IMG/VR virus record: IMGVR_UViG_3300010885_046411 | Location: 8,232 to 72,231 of that record | Length of the DNA stretch: 64,000 nucleotides | Reading direction: 5' to 3' (one strand) | Origin: a virus | Shown: piece after piece, positions 18,322 to 29,200 of the stretch | Layout of the letters: each line of letters opens with the position of its first letter | How positions within the stretch are numbered: position 1 is the stretch's first letter | The notes under the pieces: generated by a model | Database searches by the model: none | What the model saw: the letters and a program-made list of their open reading frames with translations, nothing else | Told to the model about the DNA's origin: nothing | Made by a program: the position numbers and the translations under genes

Positions 18322-18381
18322 CTGACAAAGATGCGAAACGTGGGTTAGATTTATATATTGCTCCCATCTTATATTTACTAA

Positions 18382-18828
18382 ATGATAAACGTAATCAAAG
18401 TCTCTCCCGAACATAATGACCTGCTGGCACATGACTGGCAGGAGGATGTTAGAGGCTTGTTTTATCGGCAGATATCCATGCCCAAGGGCAAGCCCAAGGA
18501 GGAATGGCTACATTGTGTGCTGGCATGGCGGCTCTTTAATGAGGACTTGTATAATAACCAGCGCAAGAAGATAGACCATATCAACGGCGATACAAGAGAC
18601 TACACCAACGAGAATATATGCGTAGTCATAAAGACAAAATCTAAGACCCGCCGAGGGCATCTTATCCCCGTGCAGGGAGCGTTGATTGAGGGGAAAGGGC
18701 CGACTAGCTGTTGGGCTAAGTTATTATGCGATGATGGCTGGCGCACATTTACGGCAGAGACCGTAGTAGAGGCTAAGAAGAAACGGCAGTCGTATATGGA
18801 TAAATTTGGGTACACTTTTGAAAAATAG
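18382..18828 (+). CDS. HNH endonuclease-like protein (HNH plus AP2-like tail), possibly degenerate
   Basis: LH...IDHINGDTRDYTNENI; the usual DN is DY. Confidence 0.7.
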   Translation: MINVIKVSPEHNDLLAHDWQEDVRGLFYRQISMPKGKPKEEWLHCVLAWRLFNEDLYNNQRKKIDHINGDTRDYTNENICVVIKTKSKTRRGHLIPVQGALIEGKGPTSCWAKLLCDDGWRTFTAETVVEAKKKRQSYMDKFGYTFEK

Positions 18829-18883
18829 CAAAGAAAATTCTTTGTTATTGGGTTGGGGGAGTTAATTTTGTGGCATACAAATA

Positions 18884-19918
18884 ATGCCAATGCAAGAATC
18901 ATATATCAACAAAATAATCAATGCCGATTGCATTGAAGGCATGAAAGCAATGCCAGACAACTCGGTGGATTGCTGTATTACTAGCCCTCCTTACTTTGGC
19001 TTGAGAGACTATTTGGTAGATGGGCAAATAGGCTTAGAGCCTACACTGCCAGAGTATATACAAAACTTGGTTGCCGTTTTCAGAGAAGTGAAGCGTGTGT
19101 TAAAGTCAGAGGGCACACTTTGGCTTAACATGGGTGATAGCTATGCTGGCTCAGGCAAGGGGCGTAATATTGATGGCACGGCACATGAGGCATCCTTGCT
19201 ATCAAAGCAAGGGTCTAATGCTGGTACGGTTACTGGTAATATACAAGGCGGCTATACTCCCGAAGGGCTAAAACCAAAAGACCTTATGGGGGTGCCTTGG
19301 CGGCTTGCTTTTGCCCTACAAGACGATGGGTATTACTTACGTCAAGACATAATTTGGCACAAAACAAACCCTATGCCAGAATCGGTAACTGACCGATGCA
19401 CAAAATCTCACGAGTACATCTTCCTCTTGTCTAAGTCTAGCAGGTATTATTTTGACCATGAAGCCATAAAAGAGCCACTTGCTAATGCAAGCATTGGCAG
19501 AGCAGGCCGCAAACAAAATCTTATTGACCGTGAGGGGGTTGGTACTCTTGGTAAGCAAATTCTAAGTGGTGTAAATCAAGATAACGGGTATGCTGGCTTG
19601 GCTCAAGCCAGAAATGGCAAGACGGGATATGATTTAGAATATGGGATGCGTAGTAAGCGCAGCGTTTGGAGCGTATCTGTAAATTCTTTTTCAGGCGCTC
19701 ACTTTGCCACGTTTCCAGAAGAATTGATTATCCCATGTGTGAAAGCGGGATGCCCTAAAGGGGGGCTTATATTAGACCCATTCATGGGGGCTGGCACTAC
19801 TGCCCTTGTGGCGGAATCACACGGTAGAAATTATGTAGGCTTTGAGTTAAACCCCGACTACATAAAAATTGCCCAAAAGCGCATAGATGCGGCGTTTGGC
19901 ATGTGGGCAAACAAGTAA
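18884..19918 (+). CDS. DNA amino-methyltransferase (N4-C/N6-A, beta class)
   Basis: TSPPY catalytic motif, LDPFMGAGTT SAM-binding motif, HFATFP; -7 element at 18863 with TTTG at 18841. Confidence 0.92.
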   Translation: MPMQESYINKIINADCIEGMKAMPDNSVDCCITSPPYFGLRDYLVDGQIGLEPTLPEYIQNLVAVFREVKRVLKSEGTLWLNMGDSYAGSGKGRNIDGTAHEASLLSKQGSNAGTVTGNIQGGYTPEGLKPKDLMGVPWRLAFALQDDGYYLRQDIIWHKTNPMPESVTDRCTKSHEYIFLLSKSSRYYFDHEAIKEPLANASIGRAGRKQNLIDREGVGTLGKQILSGVNQDNGYAGLAQARNGKTGYDLEYGMRSKRSVWSVSVNSFSGAHFATFPEELIIPCVKAGCPKGGLILDPFMGAGTTALVAESHGRNYVGFELNPDYIKIAQKRIDAAFGMWANK

Positions 19919-19919
19919 T

Positions 19920-21266
19920 ATGCGTAACCGCAATACACAGTATTACGCCGTACAATCGTACACCAAGCGGTGTGGACGCAGCCCTTTCAAGCGGTTTGCG
20001 GATAGTGCCGCCATGCGCCATGCCGCCGAGGAAGCCAAACTACTAGCCGAGAAGATACGAGACCTGCCCACCGATATGCCCCGTGCTATCATGTGGGACT
20101 TTGTAATGGATAGCCCCTTTTATCGGCTTATAGAGAAACGGCATAACCCTATGCCCTTCGGCATAGATTATAGGGGATGCTCTGACGAGGGATTGTCTAG
20201 CCTGCTCTGGACAACACAAATGCAACATCAGCCCTCACAGAAATTACGTTGTGGGGAGTTATTTGGCTACCAGCAAATGTTCATTGAGCAGTCTATGCTA
20301 TACAAGCATAGGCCCGTAATGAGTGCCTTCTATGACCCCACCGTAAAGGCGGCTAAGATGCTCAATAGCTACTATGCCACCCTAAAGACGGAACGGCTGC
20401 CCTTCTTTTTGAAGATAGACAAACTCACCGAACTATATGGACAGGCCGCATGGGTGCATGAGGTTGTATGGCGGCTATTACCCAACAGCAACTCTAAACA
20501 TAGGGCTGCCGTAAGGTATCGGCTTAGGCACTTTATACGTTGGGGCTTCCCATTTGTAGATGGGGGGCTAGAGAATATCTTAGACGACATCCTTAACAAT
20601 GGCATACACCCCCCAGAGTTCTATGCCAAGCAATACCGTAAACTAAACCCCGCCGCAGGCTACCAGAGAAAAACGCCCCGCCGTGAGCTTATGCAGACCT
20701 TGGATATGCGGCTAGATTCTCGCAAGAGCTTGGCGGCAAGTGTTTCCATAGTCAAGATGAGCAGGCGGGGGCACAACCTTGGCAGGCTGGCGTTAGAGTT
20801 CCCGATGTATTCGGTGGCAGAGATACGCAAGCTAACCAAGTTCCCACCCAATGATGTGCTTAATAAGATACGCAAGGATAGGTTTAACTTCCGCAAGAAG
20901 ATAGTAGAGCCAGGCCGCAGGCTGGCAAAGGTTATGCCTACCCTTGTAAACACGGGGGAGATAGTGCCTACGGTCAAACTGAATTTCCTTAGCCTAACCC
21001 CTTTCAGGATAAGCCGTGTATTTGGGGAGGAGTTGGTAAGGTATAGCACCGAGAACAACGATGGCCGCACGCCAAGGTATTACAAGTATCTGTGCAGCCT
21101 TATGAAGGTGAAGATATTTTCACCGTTTAGAGATATACAGCCTGCCGAGGAGTACATCAAAAAGCAGAGGGGCTATAAGGGAACGCTTATCTTAACGGGC
21201 AAATACAAGAACATAGGCACGGGCAAAAAGGCAATACCTAGCCTAAATAGGCCAAAAGGCCGTTAA
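19920..21266 (+). CDS. large basic hypothetical protein
   Basis: about 448 aa from ATG 19920, K/R-rich, no recognised family. Confidence 0.7.
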   Translation: MRNRNTQYYAVQSYTKRCGRSPFKRFADSAAMRHAAEEAKLLAEKIRDLPTDMPRAIMWDFVMDSPFYRLIEKRHNPMPFGIDYRGCSDEGLSSLLWTTQMQHQPSQKLRCGELFGYQQMFIEQSMLYKHRPVMSAFYDPTVKAAKMLNSYYATLKTERLPFFLKIDKLTELYGQAAWVHEVVWRLLPNSNSKHRAAVRYRLRHFIRWGFPFVDGGLENILDDILNNGIHPPEFYAKQYRKLNPAAGYQRKTPRRELMQTLDMRLDSRKSLAASVSIVKMSRRGHNLGRLALEFPMYSVAEIRKLTKFPPNDVLNKIRKDRFNFRKKIVEPGRRLAKVMPTLVNTGEIVPTVKLNFLSLTPFRISRVFGEELVRYSTENNDGRTPRYYKYLCSLMKVKIFSPFRDIQPAEEYIKKQRGYKGTLILTGKYKNIGTGKKAIPSLNRPKGR

Positions 21267-21321
21267 AGGATAGGTATGCTGGCGTTGGTAGTATCTTTGT
21301 GTATAAGCATATTTACCTACG

Positions 21322-23298
21322 ATGGATAGCGGAACTTACGTGCCTTTGGGGCGAGATGGTACGGGTGAGGCAACGGTTATAGATACCACGCCTTTGATTA
21401 AGCTTGCGCTGCAACGCCAGAATAGTGCTGACAGGTATAAGGCTGCCCAAGCAAAGGCGCAAGGGGATGCGGATAAGCAGTTGCTAGACCAAGCCAAAAC
21501 CCTATCGCAGGGGAATCATGGTATAATGGCAACGCTTTCTAACCCGCACCAAGATAGAATTGTCAATGAAGTGCAACAAGGGCTTGCTAAAGGTACAATC
21601 AATGGCAAGGGGATAGCAAGCGCACAAATGACTTTGGCTGGTGTGCAAAGCAGAGATGATGCAGCTAATGAATTGTATAAGGGCTATGTCGATGCTATTC
21701 AAAAAAATGGTGGTAATGCTGACGCTTTCACAAATAGATTTTTGCAATCTCAAATAGACCATCATAGGCAAGGCAACGCAAGGCAAGATTTTGATGAGAC
21801 AACTATGATGCACGATGCGTTCAGAAATTCCTTAACAGAATCCGATGCAACTAACGCTTATCTATCTCATAGGGCAGGAGGCGGGGATAAGCCTGGTCTT
21901 ACAGCATTTAGCTACACGCCACAAAATTCTAAGGTTGGCCCTTACGGCTCTGTTAAAGAATCAAGTTTGTCATTGTTTCTCCCTCGTTTAGTTAAAGATA
22001 AAGATGGTCGCGTAATTGATTACTATAAAAGAACTTCTAACGGGCGGCAAAGGTACGATATAGACCCCCAAAGGGTTTTAGATTACGAAAGGTCTAACCC
22101 TGATTATGCGGCGGCAATGATAACGCCTAACCTCGAAGCGTCAAGAAAAGAATTAGAAACGGAACACCCTGGTGTTACGCCTACCGACCTTGAGATAAAG
22201 ACAAATGCTTTTGAACTTGCTTTGCACCATAAGGGGGTTGAGCTAGGGGCTGGTAGTGTAAAAGACGGTTACCACTACAATCCTACCCCGCCCAATGGCT
22301 CTGGAAAAACAGCCGCCCAGAAAAACTCTCAAATCATTCTTACCCCAACAAAGGTAAATGATAAGTCTATTGCGCAAGGCTCTACCTCTGATAGGCGTGT
22401 TTTCCCAAGCGGAGGTGCTTACGTGCCTAGAACAGCAGGCGGCAAAGATTTAACGGTAGGACAAATAAACTCTACGGTATATGCAGTTAAGGGGGCTACA
22501 ACGGTTCCGATAGATGTTAGAAATGCTACCAAATTTGTAGTAGGGCCAATTCGCCCTATGTATGTTGCTGACCCTGAATCTGGCCCTGTTCCCGAAAAGC
22601 CCAATCCTAATTATGTAAAAGATATTAGTGATGCATATAATAAAGCTAAAACTGCTCGTGCAGAATATAATAAGCATAAAGACCCTGAACTAAAAAAAGT
22701 GTTAGAATATGCGCAAGAAAAATACTTGCAGGTAAAAGAATCAAAATATGTTCCATATAATGCAGGGGAGCCTATACTTGCGCAACCCAAGAGTTTTTAT
22801 GGTAGGATTAACCCTGCAACTGGTGCGCCCTATGGGATGCGTAGAGCATTGGTAGTTTCGTTAAGTCCTTCTATTAACTCTGTTGCAGAATTTACATCAG
22901 AATCCCAAGGGCAAAACGATATGGGTGATTTTAATAATACAACTACGTCAGAAAGGCCGATAAAATCTTTTGGGACTGTATATGCGCCACTAGACCAAGT
23001 TCCAGAAGTTGAAGGACTGTTTACGCCAGAGCAGAAGCAAAAGTTGATGGCTGACATGGATAAGCACCTTGCTAACGGAGGCCACGCCACCATGCTTAGG
23101 AATTACAATATTGGGAATGGAACCCCCGCACGGCAAGCTGCAACCGCCCCTGCTAAAGTCGAACCTGTCAAAGCGCATCCAGAACCTAAGCCAGCAGCAC
23201 GCACGGCGGCACCTGCCCCCGCACAGCCACAGCCAACACAAGCCCTCCCTGCTAAGGCAAAGGCTATTAGCGACAAGTTAAAAAACTACAACCCGTAA
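21322..23298 (+). CDS. internal virion (ejection/cargo) protein
   Basis: 658 aa; helical N-terminus, Pro/Ala-rich tail; directly before the giant gene; -7 element at 21292. Confidence 0.6.
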   Translation: MDSGTYVPLGRDGTGEATVIDTTPLIKLALQRQNSADRYKAAQAKAQGDADKQLLDQAKTLSQGNHGIMATLSNPHQDRIVNEVQQGLAKGTINGKGIASAQMTLAGVQSRDDAANELYKGYVDAIQKNGGNADAFTNRFLQSQIDHHRQGNARQDFDETTMMHDAFRNSLTESDATNAYLSHRAGGGDKPGLTAFSYTPQNSKVGPYGSVKESSLSLFLPRLVKDKDGRVIDYYKRTSNGRQRYDIDPQRVLDYERSNPDYAAAMITPNLEASRKELETEHPGVTPTDLEIKTNAFELALHHKGVELGAGSVKDGYHYNPTPPNGSGKTAAQKNSQIILTPTKVNDKSIAQGSTSDRRVFPSGGAYVPRTAGGKDLTVGQINSTVYAVKGATTVPIDVRNATKFVVGPIRPMYVADPESGPVPEKPNPNYVKDISDAYNKAKTARAEYNKHKDPELKKVLEYAQEKYLQVKESKYVPYNAGEPILAQPKSFYGRINPATGAPYGMRRALVVSLSPSINSVAEFTSESQGQNDMGDFNNTTTSERPIKSFGTVYAPLDQVPEVEGLFTPEQKQKLMADMDKHLANGGHATMLRNYNIGNGTPARQAATAPAKVEPVKAHPEPKPAARTAAPAPAQPQPTQALPAKAKAISDKLKNYNP

Positions 23299-26200
23299 AT
23301 GAACGAACCACAAGTACCGAATGATGGGCAGCCTACCGCCCCTTCTTTGCAGCCCGTATATGAATACTTGGCTCGTGATAAGGGGTTTAAGGATATTGTG
23401 CCCACCTATCAGGATTTTGTAGAGGCAAAAGACACAGAGGGTATGCTTTTGCATATATCTAAAGTGTATGATAAAGACAAAACCTTTGCGACTATGCTTG
23501 ACAAGGGAGTAGATGCTAAAACCGTGGCTGCCGAGCGGCAGCGTGCAGAGGCAGATAATCGCATACAACAAAGGGAGTCGCAGGTTATTTCTCGTGCTAA
23601 AGATATAGCCCAAGAATTGTCGGCTACCGTGCGCCCTAAAAAATCAGGAGACGTAGATTACGCAGGCAAGGCCACATTAGGGCAATTATATGATTACTTT
23701 TCTGGTGCTGGTGGCGATTTTCAAAAGAATTTTCCGACAGAAAAAGATTTGCACCAAATTACAAAAACACCCGAATTTCGTAAAACGCTTAAAGATGCTT
23801 ATACGAAAGACCCCAACTTCAAACAACTAATTGATACGGGTACATACCCTGACCAAAGGCCAAGCAAACGGCCTCAAAACGAGATGCAGCAGATGATATT
23901 TGATGTATCTCAGCAGCAGCAAGACCCTAACGAGACTAAGGTATCAGCAGGCTACAACCCCATAAAAATTAAAGCCTTTGGGAAACAGTTTGAAGCACCG
24001 CGTATGCTATCAAACTTGGTTGCGTCTGCGGCTATCAATTTAACTAGGGGCGTAATTGGCGGCATATCTACGTTTGTCGGTGCTGCTGGGCAGGGGATGA
24101 AGGCGTTTAGAGATATGGGGAACGCTGCAACGGGGCAAGGCGAAGAAGGCGTTGAGGCAGGATATTTAGAGCGCAAGGCCCAAGAAGTATTTGAAGGGGG
24201 TGCTAAACTAGCCAATTATGGCAGCGAGAAAGGGCAACAAGCCTTTGCGAATAGTGGTGTACCCCTAGAATCTGGCGGCGTAGTAACCGACCCCAGTGCG
24301 GGGGCAGGCACAATAGCCAAGTCGGCGGCGGGATATGTGGCAGGGCAATTAACAAATTCACTGCCTTACATAGTCCCCTATCTGGCTGGCCCCGCCGCAG
24401 GGTTTGCGACAAATGTCGTGCAGATGTCTGGCGATAATACGCAAAACGCCTACGACAAACTAAAGAACAAGATAACGCAAGAAAACGGCGGCATACCCGC
24501 AACGGATGAGCAGGTATTAGAAAGTAAGCAACTAAACCCTATCATCTCTGTTATTGCCGCCGTGCCAGAGGCCGCTATTGAGCGATATTTTGGCGAGGGC
24601 TTCTTGGTAAAGAACTTAACAGAGGCGGTTGCCGCCAAGAAACTAAAGCAACTTGTCGCTGAAAAGGGGCAGGCAGGGCTTAAAGAGTTTGCACAAAAAT
24701 ACCTAAACAAGAATTTCGCCAAGGAATTTGCTGTTAATTTGGCAAAAGACGTTGCTGGCGAAGAAGTACAATCAGGTATAGAGGCTACGCAAGGCAGCTA
24801 TCAGGCTGGCACCCCACAAACCGATGCAGGCGGCGGGGCAGACCGAAAAGTATATACAGAGACGTTGGCGGCGGCGGGTGCGCTAGGCGTAGGGCTTGCT
24901 GCGGCACCTGCTATAATCAACTCCGTTAAAAGCAAAGGCCCAGCCCCCATAACCGAGCAAACCGCCGCCTCAATGGCTGGCGCATACACCATGCCCAATG
25001 CCCCCAAGGCAAGCCCACAGAAAGGGGCTGGCGTGGTTGATGCTATCAACGGCATACTTATAGATGCCGAGCCTAGCAAGTCTCGTAGTGCGGCAATGAA
25101 GGCCGTTCTGGAGGATGCTATGGAGCATGACGATGTGCCCATAACAACGCAAGACTTGGCGGGGCTATCTACAACGACAGAGGCAGGTACAGATATAGTA
25201 TCTAGGCTGCGCCCCGATGAGGAAGGTAATCTAACCCTTGTGCAAGATGGGGAGGAGTTGCGGCCTCTAACCAAAGAAGAAAGCGATGAGGCCAGCACCT
25301 TTGCTACGGCGAATTTATTGATAGGCGTTCATGCAGGCAGCCTAACCAAGGCTCATGCCAGAGTATTGACGGACATCCTAGATGGGGCTGCGATAGCGCA
25401 AGCCAAGCAGTCTGCCGTTAATGACGATGGCTCACCCAAGAACCCGTTAGCCCTAGCGGCTGATAATGCCCTTACAGCCCTAAAAGGTATAGCCGACAAG
25501 AATGTCTTAGATACCGAAAGCGGCAAGGTAAAAGAGGGCGAAGTGCCCCAAGAGTTGCAATGGCAACGTGAGGCACTAGATAATATAGGTTCTATGCAGG
25601 CGGGGGATGTGTTTCGTGCTATGGATGCCGACATGGTATTTAATGGCATAGATGCCGATGGCAATGTATCTATCACAGATAATAACGGGGCCACATTGAC
25701 GCTTGCGCCAGAGCAAGTGGCGGGACTTATGACGGCCCAACGTGCCACTGATGCGGATGTGGCCGCACAGAAAGAGGCCGTATCGGCCTATGGCAATATA
25801 CCCGCAAGCAGCCCTGCGTATGAGCCATTACGGGCAATGAAAGACTTCACGAAGTCTATGCGTGCTGCGTTCCCCAACTTGCAGGTTATTGCCGACAAGG
25901 GCGAGATGGATGCTGTAATCAACAAGAAAGGTATAGCCCTAAAAGATGGCGATACAGTCTATGGGTTTGTGCATAATGGCAAGGTGTACTTAGACCCCGA
26001 CAAGGTTACAAAAGACACCCCTGCCCATGAGATACTAGGGCACGTACACAATAAACTGATGAAAGAGCAGATGCCTGACCTATATACTAAACTTACGGGT
26101 TTAGTTGGGCAGACACCGCTATATCAAGAGGTTGCTGATGATGAGTTCTATAAGGCACGTATAGCCGATGGCTCTATGACCGCCGATGATATTGCCGAGG

Positions 26201-29200
26201 AGGCGTTGGCGCAGTTTATAGCCAAGCACTACGGCAACCAACAATCCCCGTATGTGGGCACACGTTGGTATGAGAAATTGGCGGAGATAATCGGCAAGGC
26301 ATGGCGTAAACTGTTCGGCAAAACGAAGCAGTTGGCAGACCTATCCCCTGCCGATATACAAACCCTAACGCTAGAATCTTTTGGGGATTTGTTGAACCAA
26401 GAGGTTAAGCGTGGGCAGTCTAGCATAGCCCAAAAAGGCGGTAAGGCAACGAACGCTACTGACATATCTTTGAACCTTGCCAGCGGAGTAGTACCGCAAG
26501 CAACAAACACTCAAGCAAATGAGAATTTACCCCAGACCAGCAACCAAGAACCAGCCAATGCTGGACTTCGGCAATCGCAAACAGAAGCATCAACTCAGCG
26601 AGCAGGAGTTGAACAGTCTCCACAAAATGCTTACCGACGAGAAGAAGCAAGGGAAGCCCTCAAACAACTAAGTAAAGACGGCGTTCTAGTAAGCTCGGCT
26701 AAAACTGGCAGCACGGGCAAGCCTATGACAGAGGCAGAAATAGATGGGCAAATGGCCCTTCTTGATGCTATGTCTAATGTATGGAGCAAGACGACAGGTA
26801 AAAACAACTTCTACGAGACGTTTATTTCAGACATCAAACGGGGCGACATAGCCTACGTTAAAAGTCTGGGCGGGGTTTTGTTCCAAGATGAAAGCGACCC
26901 TAAGCGGCCCACTTCTACCGTTTCCTTAGCCATATTCAAAGAACAGCAGTTTGAGAAGATGGTGGGGCAGAACGTATCTCCCCAATCTATAAAGGACTTT
27001 ATTAAAGGCCGTGGCAAGCAAATTGAGAGAGATATAATCAACGAAGTCCTTGACTACGACAAGTATCAAGGCCAGAAACGTATATCTTTCAACGAGTTCA
27101 AGGCTGACGTAGAAATCCAAGTTATGAAACTTGAGAAGATACGCACGCAGTCTTATGCAACTTATGGCCGAGAAAACCTTGGCTCATCAAGAGATTATGG
27201 CGACGCAGAAACGGTCATTTTCAACTCGCCAATAAATCACGGCGAAAAAGGGCACTTTAGCGGGGACTTTGACACTTCTGGCTTATCTGATAAAGAGTGG
27301 GAGGTAAGACAAATCCCTGGCACAGACACCTATGCGGCTGTTGATAAAGCCATGCCTGCGGGTGCCACACAGGCTGAAATCCAACAATATGTAGGTACGG
27401 CTGGAACCGAGGCAGATGTAAAGAGGTGGGTTGAGCGAAGAAATGCAGCACTAGGGACACCTATAAACGAAGGTTTGTTTGGCCATATTAGGTCTTGGTT
27501 TAACAAGGCCACGGGCGTATTTCACTTAGCAGAGGCCCAAAGCGACTACTTCCAAAAAAACAAAGCATCAGAACTGCTTGCTGCTAGTGTGCCGCAGGAT
27601 GAAGTAGATGAGTACATGAATAGGGAGGTTTGGAAGCCTTTTCACCAAAAATATGCCCAAGAAATCAAAGAAAACACTCAAATCAAAAGTGCATTTAAAG
27701 ACAATGCTTGGGAGTTCTATGACAAGAATGGAACTATTGTAAATAGAAAACCGCTAAACCGTAAGCCATTTATTGGCTATGAAGAGGGGGAACACGAGGA
27801 AGCCAATGGATTGTCTATTGCATTATCTCGCTTGGCCAGAACCGAAGTGAGCGTACTAGAACGCACACGGAATACTGGTATGGTTTTCACTGTTAATGTA
27901 GAGCCTGGCAATATAGAGCGAAGACAATTTGAGTTCAAAACAAGAGAAGAAGCAGAATCCTTTTCACTTGAATATGGACGTTATATCTCGGAAACCAAAG
28001 AGTATTCTGATGATTTGTATGATAGATACAAAAAAGAAAAGATTGCCCTTGAGATAAAGGAGCAAGAGTATATTAACAAACGGGTTGAGGAGTTAAAAAC
28101 TCAGAAGCCCCCACTGGTTCTAAAGCAATTCGTTGCTTCTCAGAAGGTACATGAACTGCGCCTATTCAGAGAGGCCATTAAACACGCCGCCGAGGAGGGG
28201 GCTACAACTCTGCGTTTCCCATCTCCCTACACCATAGCGGTTATAGAGGGGTATGTGAGTGGGGGCGGTAACGGCGCACCATATACCATTGAACAAGGTG
28301 ATTCTGACCGATTGTATGCGGGGGATGTTATTGACTATGGCGGCACCCGAATGACCGTAGTAGATTCAGACCGCTACAGCATAACTGTTGCGCCATCAGA
28401 TGAGGTATATAACTATGATGTTTATGAGTATATATATAGCGAGGCCACGAAGCGTATTTATCAAATAGAATATGAGGGGAAAAACCATTTTGCCGACATA
28501 GAAAACATAACCGCCGAAGATATCGCCTCTTATGAGCCTGACGAATGGATGGGAAATGTTGCTAAGGACTTGCTCCAAGAGGCCATTGATAATGCCAAAG
28601 ATGGCGAAACCGTGGCATGGCGTGATATTGAAAGTGAATTAGAAAGAATGGTAAGAGACAGTTACTCAGACGAATCATTAGAAGATTTGTTTTTTGGGTA
28701 TCAAGCCATCTATGCATACGGTAACGACTATGTATATGTAGTTAAAGGACGCGGCAGCGTGGAAACACTCCAACAGCCAGATGAGTACGAGGCGGTATCT
28801 AACGCAGATAATTATGAAGAAAACCTGTCCTCTGAACAAAAAACAGTTGTAAGCAAATACAAAGAAATGGGCGAGGCGATTGTGAAGATGCGCCCAGATG
28901 CGAGCATTGTAACCGACGACAACGGTTTTGATTGGCTAGAAACCAAAATAACACCAGCAGATATCAGTAACCCTGTTATTGCCTTCCAGCAAGAGGGGGC
29001 TAAGATTAAAGGGGCTGTTGATTTTGTTAGTGATAACAAAGCCACCATACACCTATTTGATGGAGCTGATGTATCTACGCTGGCCCACGAAATAGGTGGA
29101 CACATAGGGCGTAGGATGCTAGAAAAGATGGCTGAAACATCGCCTAAGTTTGCCAAAGACTACGAAACTGCCAAGAAATGGGCGGGTGCTAAAGACGGGG

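Noticed and set aside
20155-20180. FGIDYRG in the basic orphan as a RuvC-I motif (IscB/TnpB-like)
   Set aside because: No recognisable RuvC-II/III, zinc finger or HNH motifs follow
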